Below are positions 24,261 through 38,019 of a stretch of DNA of 64,000 bases, in pieces; positions within the stretch are counted from its first letter, which is position 1; each line of letters begins with the position of its first letter. The position numbers and the translations under genes are program-made. The notes under the pieces were generated by a model that did not search any database, was not told the DNA's origin, and worked only from the letters and a program-made list of their open reading frames with translations. The stretch is from Callorhinchus milii (taxonomy: Eukaryota). The DNA lies in assembly GCF_018977255.1 (NCBI RefSeq), contig NW_024704743.1, forward strand, positions 50,780,001 through 50,844,000, written 5' to 3'.

Positions 24261-25734
24261 TCAATAGTTTGTTTCAAAAAGTGATTTTCGTAAGCTCAAA
24301 ACCAACCAAACTTGCCAGTTCTGCAGCCAATAAAAATCCCCCAAATATTGTTGGTTGACATGAATATGACCAGGTCACTCCTTGGCATGATGTTTGTGTC
24401 TAAAGTAGGAGATGGGGAAAAGCAGCAAGTAAATGTTCAGCCAGCTACCAGAGCCTGGACAAATTCACAAAGTTACAATGCTCCAAGCTTTCACCTCTTG
24501 GCTGTCTGTGGGACACTGCCGTGTAAAAATTGACGACTGCTTTTTAAAAGTATGTAATGAAAAATGCGGTATGTGGTGCGATAACCAGACCGTTTCTGAA
24601 GATGTCCCAGTTGATGCTGATCACCCCCAACCCCCCACCCTTCCAACCTCCATCCCCACCCCGGAATTTGTTTGAATTATCTTGTTCGAAAGCCAGTTGC
24701 TGCGGTCAGTGAGCAGAATGATGGCTTTGACTTTGATCCTGCTGTTGGTGGGGGGGGTGGGGGGGGGAGAGGGTCGGGGTTTTCATAGAGACAGTCAATA
24801 AGGTAGGTTTTAAAGTGGGATTTAAAGTTAGGTTGAACAAGGAAGGAAAGAAAATAGAAGGAAGTCAGTGGAGTTCAGGATGAATACTGACGATACCAGT
24901 AATCATCGCTTGCTATTGAAGTAGTACTTTCTGATTGATGTAAAGTAGGTTGCAAAATTGCCAATAAGCCGAAAACATGTTGTAAATGTGAAGTCCCAGC
25001 AATAGTGCCCCTCTCCACATTTATTCTGTGCAGAATTTGCTTTGTATCATGTCCTCTTGAAACAAAAGAGCATTGTCATTTTAGGAACTGTTATTTATTT
25101 AGACCTGAAGGTCACAAGGTATACCCAGAATTTCTTACTGACAGTGTCAACATGGTTGCAGGTGGTGGACACTATTCCATAAGGTTCTTTATGAATTTAC
25201 TCAAAGAATCTGTCTGTTCTACCCAACCTTATGTCCACCCAGCTACATTTTCATCAACTAGCTATTAGAAGGAAATGATTTTTCAGGAGTGATGGCTGAG
25301 TGTTGAGTGATATTCTTATTTACTGGTTTGCAGTACAATTTTCAGGCCTGTATTGTCATGGACCAATGCTTTTTATTGCACTTATTGGATTTCCTTGTAC
25401 ACATACTGCACACACCTGACCAACATCCCATCATTGGCACCAGCTGTTGTATTTTATCTCCGCCAAAGTTCTCTCCTCTTCTCCTCCTCCTCGTCCTCCT
25501 CTCCATCCTTTGTCCCTCTGTTGACCATACAGTAAAACTCGCATAAATTGGCAGGCTATACAATTGCAGGGTACACCACAGCTCAGTCCTATGCTGTCCT
25601 AATTAAATGTTTTCACAAGTGCACCTACCAGCAAGGCTAGTGATCAGCAGAGGTTTGAAATTCTATCTCGTGTTTTTACTATCCACATAACATCAAACAG
25701 AAAATAAGAATCTTCCCATTTGATATAGCAAATA

Positions 25735-25950
25735 GTCATGTTGGCCAGGACACTGGGAGAAATTCACTTCTCTCTTCGAATAGTGCCATATGTGATCTTC
25801 AACATCCATCTGAAACAGACAGAAAGTTTAACATCTCATGTAAAGGACAACACTTCCGTTAGCATACTGAGACCCCAGTTTTAAAGTGATGAACTAGATT
25901 ATGAGCTGAAAGTCCCGTTGTGGTCCTTGAACCTACAAATTCTGATAGAG
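25735..25950 (-). mobile_element. Decayed Deu-domain SINE
   Basis: ttggccaggacactgggagaa..ttcgaatagtgccat..gatcttcaacatccatctgaa. Confidence 0.75.
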
Positions 25951-26097
25951 AGCAAGTTTGGTCAAAAATCTTGTTAAGCCAGTATTGCATGAACTGGCTT
26001 AGCAATGCACAGGTTGAAAGGTGTCACAGGCTTTGAGTCCAACCATTTGGATAAAATTAAGGAGTGTCACCCGCAGTCAGTTGTCATCTGAAACTTT

Positions 26098-26525
26098 AGC
26101 CTGGCTCGGTTGGTAACCTCTGAGCTAGAAGGTCGTGGGTTTAAGACGCACAAAGGAACTTTGTACTCATATGGTCTATACAGTCTAATACAGAGTAGAG
26201 TGAGAGCCCCATTGTCAGAAGCGACATACTTTGGATAAGATATTATACTAAGATCCTGACGGCCTGTTCTGTTGGACTTTAAAGATCCCTTGGCACTATT
26301 TGAAAAGAAAAGAGAAGTTTCTCCCAGTGTCCTGTCTAGCAATACCCAGATCCCCAAATTGATCATTAACTTTATGGATATTTATGGACATTGCTGTGCA
26401 TAAATTTGCTGTCATGTTTCCTCACATATACACAATCATACACTTCACCATAAAATCCTTTGAAGCGCTTTGAGGCATTTTGAATGACATGATGAGGTGC
26501 TGTATCAAATGCAAGGATAATTATT
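26098..26525 (+). mobile_element. Deu-domain SINE, near full length
   Basis: tRNA-like head agcctggctcggttggta, Deu-type core and shared tail. Confidence 0.8.
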
Positions 26526-27575
26526 CTTCATATTGCGCTTTGCACACAGCAGATGCCCACAGTCATAATGAAAGTTGCGTATTGGCAATAATGGAAGATG
26601 CAAACCGTGGCAGCAGCATTTCAATGGGAAAGTTCAGAAAACCTAAAAACAAACTTAAATGGAACCATATATACCATAAAAAGTATAAACAATGCTTGTC
26701 AATGTCTTCAAAGCTGTAACTTTAGGAGTTTGCATGACATTAATCTGACCATGATTAACGAGGTCAACATATACTCTGGAGTATGTTACAGACACACAAT
26801 CTCCATTTGATGCAGGAGAATAACCCCACGGAGCCTTAACCCTTTGGGCACTGTTGATGACATTCCTTACTTTAGCAGTGCTCGCTCCGCTCTACTGAGC
26901 CGCTGCCAAGTTAACTCATCGAGCAGCTGGACTCAATGTCACGCTCAAGAACACATCATAGCTTTGACCTGATTGCTTTAGTTACATGACCAGGTTAAAC
27001 TGCAAAATCCTGAGCCTCAATTGGGTGGAAGAAATAGGAACTGTTTTTCAGCCAACCAGAGGTCAATTTTTGGGTGGGATGGACTTAGAAACGAAATGTG
27101 AGAGTCCACAAGGTATTAAAAAAACAGGTATTTCTATTGTTGAAACAAAGAAAATACAGAAAAATTTACATTTGAACTTGAGGGAGGTCCAGAAAATTTC
27201 TAGGCACCCGGGGATGGCTTTTTTTAAAAAGAAACAAATTCCCCTCACACAATGTGATGCTGAAAAAACATCAGTATAACAAAAATAAAGTTACTCACGT
27301 TTTAAGAAAACTTGTATTCAACTCTTATAGTAACCTTACATTTAAAAATGAACATTTTAAGACTATTTTAAACTGAAATTTTAAAAATAACCCTTTGCTT
27401 TGGTTCTTCCTTTTAGCCAATTCCCTGCTTCCACAACTTCCACAACTTTAAGTTAATTCGTAGCAACCACAAATGTTAACCTCTGCTTACCAGAGAAAAG
27501 CTCCGAAAGTCATTTCTTTCAATCATTTTGGATTCAGCATTGTAAAAGATAAGCTTGACTTCATATATTTAGGTG

Positions 27576-27968
27576 CCAGTCTGGCTCAGAGCACTCACAA
27601 CTCTGAGTCAGAAGATTATGGATTCAAGCAACGCATCGGGTTTTGAACACACAGTCAATGCTAACATTCCAGTCCAGTGCTGGACTGTTGGAGACATTAA
27701 TCCTTGGATGACACATTAAACCAAGGTCCTGTCTGCCTGTTCAGGTGGACGTCAAAGATCACATGGCACTGCTTGAAAAGAGAAGGGAGTTTATCCCAGT
27801 GTTCTGGCCAACAAACCTCCAGATCAAATTGGAGATTCATTTTGCGGCTGTTTGTGGGACATTATTGCGTGCATATTAGCTGCCATGTTGATATATACAG
27901 TCACTGCACTTTACAGTGCTTTGAAACATTTCAATTAAACTATATCAAATGCAAGGATTATTATTTAT
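27576..27968 (+). mobile_element. Deu-domain SINE
   Basis: ttaaaccaaggtcctgtctgcctgttcaggtggacgtcaaagatcacatggcact. Confidence 0.85.
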
Positions 27969-28239
27969 TATCATCTACGTGGTCAGATCAATCTCTGTCA
28001 CAAATTTCTGCCTTCAACTATTTTGAGATCTTCCTCTATAAGATCCTTATTAAGGAATCATGTTAGAAATTGCCAGAGTTAGGCAATCATGGTATTCATT
28101 CGCATCCAAACCCTTGGGTTCAGATCCTGGGCTCAAAATCCTCACGTTCATAAACAGATAAACATTGTCTTAAAATTTAAGTTGTGTGTGGGGTTGTTGC
28201 AAATTAACTTTGGTCACACCTCTCCCTCTACTCCCTACT

Positions 28240-28595
28240 CGAACCCCTCCAATCCAGTTTTCGCCCTGCTCACAGCACAGAGACTTCACTTGTCAAAATC
28301 ACAAATGACATCCTCTCTCTCTGTGACCAGGGCTCCCTCTACCTCCTAGTCCTCCTGGACCTCTCTACTGCATTTGACACAGGCAAGCATGCCAACCTCC
28401 TCTCTTTCCTCATCCATCTTGGTAAAACCTCATTCCCCGGATTGATCCTACTTAACTAACTGCCACCACTTTGTTTCCACTAACAATTTTTCCTCCCTCC
28501 CTCGCCTGGTCACCTGTGACATACCCCAAGACTCCATCCTTGGCACCCTCCTTTTCCGTATTTACATGCTTCTTCTCAGCAATGTCACCCGCAGA
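28240..28595 (+). mobile_element. L2 RT core fragment
   Basis: LLVLLDLSTAFDT and PQDSILGTLLFRIYML-like translation. Confidence 0.75.
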
Positions 28596-28699
28596 CTGTT
28601 GTATGCAAATTAGTCACTGCACTTTGCAATAAATCCTGTGAAGCATTTTGAGACGGGTTCCGAACGTGAACGATGCTATACCAAATGTAAGGATTATTA

Positions 28700-28830
28700 A
28701 AGTCAAGTTCAGTCCTAATTTAGAAACCAATTTTCTGCTGTTCTTTTTTTTGATACTGTGCAAATTAACTTCCAAATTAAGACTGAATTTAAGACTATTC
28801 AACAAAATTTCTCACGTTCTTGACTTTTAA
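28700..28830. mobile_element. Palindromic MITE-like element core
   Basis: ttcagtcctaatttagaa pairs imperfectly with ttccaaattaagactgaa; same core as the 61539 copy. Confidence 0.6.
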
Positions 28831-31589
28831 AACAATGGTCATAAAAATAAGATCAGAAGGAGTTTTGGGCACATATCCCAAACTGTGTACTAGCCATTTA
28901 CACTTCGGGAAAGTCAGTCAAATTAGATTGAGCGCAGAAAAGTACAGCAAGCATTATACTGAAACCTAATTATCGTTTTACGAAGGTGAAATGAATGTCA
29001 ACACAACTGGGAACTCTCAAACAGTGCTGAGTGCTTCTAACCACCACATGGAAACACTAATTCTCAAATTGTTGTAGGTTTTATATACAAATAGCCACCA
29101 GCACTGGATGCTCAGTGGCATAATTATAAATTTCAGTTTACAAGGAAACAAACTAAGAGCAGGGAAAGATGAATGATTTGGGAGTAAAAAGGCTTTGAAA
29201 CACAGAGGCAATGTATTTGTTAGGTCTTAACAACTCCAATTAGATGACATGACTCTGAATTACCTTTTCTGTACAGCTTAACTGTATTGTATCTGGAGCA
29301 ATTCATATGAATATGATGTCAGCAGTATGAATGACCTGTCTTTTGTGGATTAATGTGTCTCCTGTAACAAGCAGTTCATGCCAGTGCAAAACCATAAATA
29401 AGCAAGCAACCATTTACCAAGTTTTATTTTTTCAAAAGCCCTCGGGGAATGCTTATCTAATCCTGTGGTGGGCAAACTAGAAACATGAAGGCAATTTTGT
29501 TTATTGGTTCTAGGAGCCAACCCGAGGAAATCTGAATTGGTTCCAAGCAAGTTAAAACGATCCTTGAAGTTAATTTGGAGTTAGTATTGGAGTCACAAGG
29601 GTTCTCAGTGATATTCCTAATAATGTGCCACTTAATGAGTCCAACAATTGGTGAAATCTTGTTGGTATAATTGATGGCACAAAGTCCATCACTGTATCAT
29701 CAGCTCATCAGTGAGAGGTTTGGCAGGCCACAGGCAAATGTTCTCCAGACAAACAGTAATTGACTTCAATGTAGCTGCACCAATGCATAGTTATAGCCAG
29801 CTCCTTGGCTCCTTTCTGATTCTGTTTTCATATCACAGTAACTCAATACAATAATTTTGACTTTATTGGGTCAAGTGTTATGCTGGCAAATTTCAGTCTA
29901 AGCTTTTCAAGGTAATTGCTACAATTCCAAAAGGTTCCCCAAACACGCTGAACTTGTTTAAATACCAAAGTTTGATATATGTGATTCAGGAACTAAACTA
30001 GTAATTTGTTTACTGCAAAAGTTCATTGCACTGTTCATGTTATATTCTTTTCATACAAGTGCACAGTCACTACACCTTATAGCAAATTCTGTGAAGCGCT
30101 TTGAGATGTCTCAATGATGCGATAAGGCAACACCCTCATTGCAAGAAACTGGGTTTCCTTAATAAGGTTGTCAAGGAATCCCATTAGGAAATCTTGTCAT
30201 TAATAAGTAAATCTTGAAATCATTAAGGAATCATGTTAGGAACTACTGCAGAGAGTCAATTTTAACTGGGTTTGAAATTTGCAATGAAAGCACAAATTCA
30301 TGATTGTAGCAGCAGTATATAATAGAATGTAGTCGTCAAAGACTGTTGCACAAAGACTACTGTGGCTACATGCTGTGGAGATGTGTTAATGGCAAGTGAA
30401 AGTTAATTCATTGTTTTGTGAGCATAAATAATAATTGTTGCGTTTGATGCAGCGCTTTTTATGCTTTGCAAAGAATGCTAATGTGCAGGGCCACATTGCA
30501 GCCTTGCTTGGAGGTCACATTTATTTGGTCCTAAACATTTGCAGAATGAAAACATTACTGTATTTAACAGTTTCTTATTGCTAAAAAAATGATAAAATAC
30601 ATAATAATCTTTTCTCTCTGGCTTTAATAATAAGTAAATTAGCCCGGTTGGTCTGATGTCTGATTTCATCTGGTCAGGACACTAGTTAATAACTGGTTAA
30701 TAACTGTGGGGTGGAAAATATAACATGTGATGTGAAAATTAACATGTTTGTTGTTAATTAATAGATCACCAACAAAATGGAAAGAAAGCATGTAGTTGAT
30801 ATTTGATATCAGTTTTGCCTCAAGATCTTCCTCAATTATTACTATTTGACCAGACTTTGGCCATCACCCCACCGCCCCCCCACCCCCGTTACCCTCCCCC
30901 CGACACTATATAAATGTAAATTTGTATTGTATTATATCAGTTGATCTTCTTATGTACATTCTTAATTGATTTTATTTTGTTTTGCATATAGATACGTTTC
31001 ATTGGCATTCACATCAAACAAAATAAACAATCAATTTATTTAGGTAGGGCAAACATTGGCAAAAATGTCTGGTGGAACACAATGCCAGCTACACAGGCTG
31101 TTACTTCATCGGGTGAACTAGTGCATGGCAGAAATCCAGCTTCCTTTTCTTTGGGGATGGTTGACAGTGCTGCTGAATCACAAGTCAAAAAGGACAGACT
31201 GCCGTACACTAGGTAGGATGTGCCTGGTGTGAAGGCACGAGTGGGTTGGCTGGGATTATAAGTCAAGATGTTTACAGATACTTTATCTGCACAATAACCG
31301 AGTGAAAAATTTGAGCTCACCGACCTTCCTAAATTCGGGTCCAGATCAGGTCACCCTGGCTGATGTGAATATATTTTACATGGATGTCTCAGCTTTCAGC
31401 CAACTTTGCCTAATGCTGGGATTTCACCATTCTGTCCTTCTAATCTGTCCTCCATCAAAGAGGAAGTTACTGCTGTAGAATTCTAACCAAATTTGAACCT
31501 GTCGGGCCTCTTACCCAATGAAAATCTACAGGTTGATATATCCTCAATGGATCACTACTTGATCATTGCTTCTTGGGACATTCCTTTCT

Positions 31590-31940
31590 CTATTCATTTG
31601 TTCAGTCTTTTAATGGTCTTGCCCCACTCTACCTCCATCAACCATACTGAACTGGCTACCACCTTTGCTCAGCGAACATCGGTCTGCTTCATGTCCCCCA
31701 CCCTATCTGCCCCACCTTCGATGGGCGAGCTTTCAGCCATTCTGCCCTGCTCTCTGGAACTCCACCCCAGAGTACCACTTGACTTGCTTGCTGTCTTCCC
31801 TTGTTCAAATTCCCAGCTCAAAATATACCATGTTTTCTGGCATTTTCCCCCTCCCTAGCTCTCTTTCCTAGCTTGGGTGCCCAGTTGACATTGCCAAGTG
31901 TTTTGAAATGTCCTCTCAACTTACGTGAAAGACACAATGG
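31590..31940 (+). mobile_element. Decayed L2 3' fragment
   Basis: ggtctgcttcatgtccccc..ctctggaactcc..acgtgaaagac. Confidence 0.6.
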
Positions 31941-32007
31941 CTTTTTATTGTATTCATTAAGTTTCCTATCTCATTAAGTGCATGCAAAAGCATGCATTAC
32001 ATAAATA

Positions 32008-32350
32008 CATAATAATCCTTGTATTTGATACAGCGCCTTTCACATTTGGAGGGTGTCTGAAGTGCTTCACAGGATTTTACTGACAAATGTAGTCACTGTG
32101 TGTTTTGTAGGCAAACACGGCAGCTAATTTGTGTGCACCAATTTTCTCTGGGAAATTATAGGTTAGGACACTGGGATAAATTGCCTTCTCTTTTCAAATA
32201 GTGCTGCGGAACTTCAAAATTGAAAAGACCTAAAGAGCATAGATGGGACCTTGGTCTAGTGTCTCATCTGAAGGATGGCAGCTTAATAATGCAGTGCTGT
32301 CCCAGCATTCTGTTGGGAGTGTCAGCCTGGACTGTGAGTTCAAACTTACA
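32008..32350 (-). mobile_element. Deu-domain SINE
   Basis: Tail plus gggaccttggtctagtgtctcatctgaagga. Confidence 0.8.
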
Positions 32351-32784
32351 ACCTGGCGCTCAAACTCCATGATTTACTCCCAAAATACTGTTTTTCTTAT
32401 TTTGTTTTATCTTTTCTTAGCTCTATCGTTTAGAGTCGACTCTCTCTGTCCCATAATGGAGAAAGCTTTTAAAATGCTAAAAATTCATTACCATGCTTAT
32501 TTGTCTATCCTTCAAGGTTATGTAATCACAGAAGTTACCATTTGGAAGCAGACTATCAAGGTAATGTTGGTGCTGGCTTCTCTCCTGGAACCAGTCACTT
32601 GATAGCCAATTTCCTACAATTTTACATTTCCTACTGTACTGCTTACATTAGTGAACATTTTTATACATTATTGCATATTGCTTTGAACAATGATGTCTTC
32701 AGGGATCTAGTTGCTAAGGCTCCAAGTGATGGAGAACAAAGTGTGAATTCTGGCTGTGTTGATCATTTCAGCACATTAATCAAA

Positions 32785-32930
32785 AAAAACTTCTTCACAC
32801 AGAGGGCTGTGGAAATGTGGAATTTACTGCCCTAGAGGCAGAATCTACTAGGATGTTTAACAATTATATATAGATACTTTGGGAAGTAAGAGTCTTAAGT
32901 GGTATGGAGAAAGGAATTGGGATTAAAAGA
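32785..32930 (+). mobile_element. CR1 3' fragment
   Basis: ORF text KKNFFTQRAVEMWNLLP. Confidence 0.7.
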
Positions 32931-32939
32931 TATATAAAA

Positions 32940-33770
32940 AATAAACATTTGATAGAGTGCCTTTCATGGCAGGAGAATGTCTCAAAATGCTTCACAGGAT
33001 TTACTGTGAAGTGTAGTGATTGTATTTTGCAGGCGAGCACCGCAGACAAGTTGTACACAGCAATGTTTGACAAACAGCCAATGCAGTAAATGTCTGACCT
33101 TATGTGGATGATTGTTGACCATGAGAAATTGCCTTTTCTTTTTGAATAGTGCCATCTTCTTTAACGTTCATGTGAACAGGCAGTTGGGACCTTGGTTTAA
33201 TGTATCTTCTGAAGAACAGCATCCCTGACAGTGCAGTGCACCCACAGAACTGTATTGGAGTGAGAGTTCAAATTTGACATAGGGCTTGAACCCATGACTC
33301 CAAAGCAAGGGTACTACTATGTTTCAGCCTGGCTCAGTTGGTAGCCCTCTCACCTCTGAGTTCGAAGGATGTGGTTTCAAGCCCCATGTTACAACTTTGA
33401 ATTCACATAGTTTGGGCCCGAGGATGACACTCCTATGCAGTGCTGTGGGTGTATTGCATTATTGGTGGTGTAGTCTTTTGAACAAGACATTAAACTGAGA
33501 TCCTGGCTGCCTGCTAAAGTGGACGTTAAAAATTCCACAGCACTATTCAAAAAGAGAAAAGAGTTTCTCCCAGTGCTCTGGCCAACAATTCCCAGATAAA
33601 ACTGGCCATACACTTCATGGCTGTTTGTGGGACATTGCTGTTGGCAAATTAGCTGCTGTGTTCGGTTACAAAATACAGTCACTACATTCTACAGCAAATT
33701 CTGTGAACTCCTTGAGACATCCTCAATCTCTATCAAATGTAAGGTTTATTTTATTACCAACTGAGCCAAG
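32940..33770 (-). mobile_element. Deu-domain SINE whose tRNA head is split by an opposite-strand copy
   Basis: Runs to about 33320; remaining head ccaactgagccaag at 33757-33770. Confidence 0.75.
33321..33756 (+). mobile_element. Deu-domain SINE, full length, nested
   Basis: cagcctggctcagttggtagc head, Deu-type core and tail. Confidence 0.85.
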
Positions 33771-33791
33771 TCCTGATCCTTCCTCCATGAT

Positions 33792-34108
33792 ATAATAAAA
33801 TAATAATTATAATCCTTGCATTTGAATATAGCGCTTTTCACGTCTTCTAGACGTCTCAAAGCGCTTCACAGAATATACTGTAAAGTGAATTAACTGTATA
33901 TTTGTGGGTCAAACACTGCAGCCAATTGTGCACAGCAGTGTCCCACAAACAGTCGTGGATTGAAGTGACCAAATTATTTTTTTTTCTTGAGGGATTATTA
34001 TCAGGCATGTGGAGTAAGGAAACTTGCCCAAGGTTTCACCCTGCCGGGAATTGAGCCCAGGTCTCTCGCTTGCAAGGCGAGTGCTCTAACCATTGAGCTA
34101 CAGGACTC
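33792..34108 (-). mobile_element. tRNA-derived SINE, short variant
   Basis: Family match. Confidence 0.95.
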
Positions 34109-34829
34109 TAAAATGGTGGGACAAGTTCATGAGGGCCAAATAGCCTTCTGTTTCTGTGTTCCTGATCTACAGTTTCTCATTCCAACTCTTCCAGCACCAT
34201 TCAGACTGAAGGAAAAAGGCATAGATATGAAAAGATGGTGAAAAATGGATATATACTGCATGTCTGTTTCTATATGGGAGGAGAGGGGTTGGGGGAACAA
34301 TAGCAGTAATATCGCGAAAATAAAAATAAAATATTTGTATCTCTACTTGATTGACAAAACATATTAACACCTTAAGCTCATATTTTTGTAGTCATGCTTT
34401 AAATGAAAATGTGTAGGTTATTTTCTTCCTTGTAGCATATTTCTTGTTAAGGGCTAAGTACTCTTCACATCTGTTTATTATATTTTTGCCAAATTGTCCC
34501 CGTATGCTTATAAATACCTCAAATGCAATTTTAAAGTATAAATAACATGATATTAAATATAACAATAACACTAAAAATGGTAACTGCACAACTAGGCACT
34601 TGTTCAGCTAGGGCCGCCTTAATCAGTAGTGCTTTGTCTTGCAGAGTTAAAGACACATCCGCAACTCCATGTCTCACTGATAAGCCAGATGGTCTGTCCA
34701 TCAACAACAATGTCTTGGTTACTGTGAGGCTGCCTTGCTTTTTCAGGTGATCCGCTTTGGAGCCGGTTCAGCTCCAGGGAGACCCAACACAAAACATAAT
34801 AGCTATAAATGTAACCTACTTAAATGAGT

Positions 34830-35900
34830 CCCATCAGTTTGTCTACTCTAATGTTTTTTCCTCCTGCCCCCGCCAGGTGACTTTTGGCATAGCCCATGGT
34901 TCCTTTCTCAGCCCCCTTCTTTTCCTTCCCTTTTTTTGCTCTGCCTGGGTGATGTTATCCGCGGACATGGGGTCAACTTCCATATGTATGGGGATTACAC
35001 CCAAATCTACTTCTCCTCCAGCTGCAGCTCTAGGTCAATTTATATTCTGTCAGCTTCTTTATCAAGGTATGGATGGGCCCAAAGTTTTTGCAGTTGAATG
35101 TTGACAAGATGGAAGCCATAATCCTTGGCTCCTATTAATGTCTTCTTTCCCGTGGCTCTGATCTCCTGAACCTCCCCGGTCAATCCCTCAGATTTATTGA
35201 ACCTGTGCATAACCTAGGTGTCAGGTTTGATCCTGAACAATCCTTTCTACCCCACATCTAGTTCCTGACCAGGATCGTTTTCCTTCACTTCCGTCACATT
35301 GCCTGCCTCCAACTGTACATCACTCTAAATATAGCTGAAACCCTCATCGCACTTTCGTTTCCTTCTGACTCAATTATTCCAATGCCCTCCTCACCAGTCT
35401 CATCAGCTCCACTCTCCACAAATTCCAATTAATTAAAAACTCTGCTGTCCATATCCTCACCCATACCAAACTCCACACCCCCATCACCCCAGTCCTTTCA
35501 GGTTCGCCTGGCTCCCTATTACAAAACTAATCGACTTCAAGATCTTCACACGTTTGCAAATTGTTTCATGTCCCGGCACCTCCCTACCTCTCTGACTTGC
35601 TTACTTGCCACTGCGCTACAGTTTGCCTCCACTTGGCTGGCTCCAGCTTCCTGTACATCGCTCGTCCCCTCTGCTCCACCATCGGTGGCCGGGCCTTCAG
35701 CCTCTATGCCAAACTATAGAGCTCTCTGCCTCAATCCCTCCGCCTTGCCTCCTCCTTCCCTATCTCAGATCATGCCTGGAGACCTTCCTCTTCGACCGTG
35801 CATACAGTCACCTCTCCCTCCCGGCTTGGCACAAAGCTTCCTTTGTTAACTGCTCCCGAGATGCCCATGAAGGCGCTATGTAAATGCAAGTTGTTGTAGT
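34830..35900 (+). mobile_element. L2 fragment of about 1.1 kb (RT core to 3' tail), frameshifted
   Basis: GIAHGSFLSPLLF motif, colinear with 48743-49866, ends gaaggcgctatgtaaatgcaagttgttg. Confidence 0.85.
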
Positions 35901-36119
35901 TGACTCAAATGCTACTTGTCTCGATGACCTGATAAGCTGCTATATCAAATGCAACAATTAGAATTACGTATTGCCCAGCTCTTGATATGAATCACCACCT
36001 CAAGTATACTAACCTACAAAACCTCATAACTGCTGGAAATATTGTAAAAGCTAACATCAGGGAATGCATGTGCATAGAGTTGACTAAATACTGTAGAAAA
36101 GAGAGGTGCACTGGCTAGT

Positions 36120-36340
36120 GTCAGTGGGATGATTCACTGCTGCCAGTGATTGGTCTACCCCTCCAAGTCCTACCAACGCGCCTGGCTGGCTCGGCTGTCA
36201 TCAGCAGCGCCCTGAGTACTGCAGATTCATCTGGCTCAGGAAGTGGGATACCGAGACAATTTAGAGGTTCCAGTTGATTCTGAAATTCCATTGCAAAGCA
36301 AGTCACCATGGAGCCAGTTCAGCTCCAAGGAGACGCCACT
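36120..36340 (-). repeat. Fragment of an unclassified dispersed repeat
   Basis: Reverse complement of 36120-36243 aligns to 41246-41370; 36309-36334 matches 34758-34783 at 24 of 26 positions. Confidence 0.75.
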
Positions 36341-36777
36341 TACCGTCCCCCTAACGAAGAGATCGTCTTTGACTGCGCTTGGTAACCTCATAATTAAGGG
36401 CCAAGCTTCAATAGGTCTGAGAATACGGTCAGGAAGAAGATGTTCTGTGAGCTCCCTGAAGTAACGCCAGCTGGTCTTGAATATCTGTCACTGCGGAAGG
36501 AAAGCCTTCCATGGCATGTCCCCTCAGCTGTTTTACTGCACTGAGTATTTGGTTCAGTGTTTTGTGCGTTGTTTTCTGATAACTGGGCTCTTGTATTATC
36601 AAGACACATGTGTTCCTCAGACACCAGTAATAAGTGACTGACACATGCAAGGGATTTGATGTAACATAGGAGCATTGGGAGTTCAGAACAATGCATACAC
36701 ATACTCAAACTTGAACAGTGAACCTATGCAAGGTCTCTTTGAAACAGTGAAAAATATATTAACCTGAGCAGAGAAAG

Positions 36778-36796
36778 ACTGCCATCTAGTGGTTTA
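36778..36796 (-). promoter_or_regulatory. Candidate CTCF motif
   Basis: Reverse complement ccactagatggcag; motif match only. Confidence 0.5.
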
Positions 36797-36971
36797 TATT
36801 TTTAAAGCAGTTATTTGAAGCTTTTACTCAATTGGCACACCAGCATTCTTTCCCCAATGTTTTTCATCTAACCGTGTAGATTTTTTCGATGAAGATCAGG
36901 TTGGTTTTTACAGTTATTTTTCATTGAAAATTGCTGCTACACCCTTAAGCTTTGGAACTTATGACTCGTGT

Positions 36972-37425
36972 GTCAGCCTGTCTCACTTTGTAGTACTCTC
37001 GCCTCTGAGTCAGAAGGTTGTAGCTGCAATTCCACATCAGGACTTGAAACTCATATTGGCTAAGCTGACACTCCAATGCAGTGATGGGCTGTGTTGCGTT
37101 GTCTGAGGTGCCGCATTTTGGATGAGGCGATAAAACCAGGTCTCATCTGCCTGTTCAGGTGGACGTTGAAGATCCCATGGCACCATTCAAAAAGAGAAGG
37201 GAGTTTCTCCTGGTGTCCTGCTTAATAATCCCCCAACTAAAATTTTCATTCTTTCGTGGGTGTTTGTCAGACATTGCTGTGCGCAAATTGGTTACCAGGT
37301 TTGCCCACAAAAGCACACAGTCACTCTAGTTTTTTGCAGTATATTCTGTGAAGTGCATTGAGATGTACTCTCAACTTGAAAGGTGCTATACCAAATGTAA
37401 GGATTATTATTATTGTTATTATTAT
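36972..37425 (+). mobile_element. Deu-domain SINE, full length
   Basis: tRNA-like head, tctgcctgttcaggtggacgttgaagatcccatggcacc..gagtttctcctggtgtcctg and shared tail. Confidence 0.9.
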
Positions 37426-38019
37426 TTTGATTATTAACTCCCAACATTGATTCCCTCAATCTTGCCCCCATCCCTGTTATCTGTCTTTAAAATCTGTTTA
37501 AAGAAACCTACCTCTATGGTCTATCTCATCTATCTCACCCTTCCCTGCCTCCCTGTTCACTCGCTTGGTGTTTGACCCTGTTTTTATGAAGAGCTCTGAG
37601 ACATTATCCAACCTGAAGGACACTAAATTAATGCAGGTTAATACTAATAATAACAATTCAAATATATAGCACTTGTGCTGGAACATACTTTAACAGGACT
37701 CAGATAACATTGGGGGTAAATTTTGGTGAGTGTTGGGTGCATTGCTTTCTGCAATGTCAGCCACTAATGGGATTTCCCTTTTTATTTGCACATTGCCAAA
37801 GGCACTACGTGTAATACACAATGGAATCTTATGCCACGTTTCAGAAACATATATTAAAAAAATGAAAATAAATTAAAATAGATGCGCTATGAAAAATTAG
37901 CACCAATGGAAAAAAAATTACCTAGATTTCATCTTTTACATTTAAGTGTGACAAATAATGTTACCAATATCTTCTTTCCTATATATCTAACTACTAACAG
38001 CACATTCAATATCTTCCTT

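Noticed and set aside
31036..31320. 94-aa ORF and other short non-repeat ORFs (for example 59842-60069 and 4283-4558)
   Set aside because: No recognisable protein similarity or convincing splice context; lengths are compatible with chance
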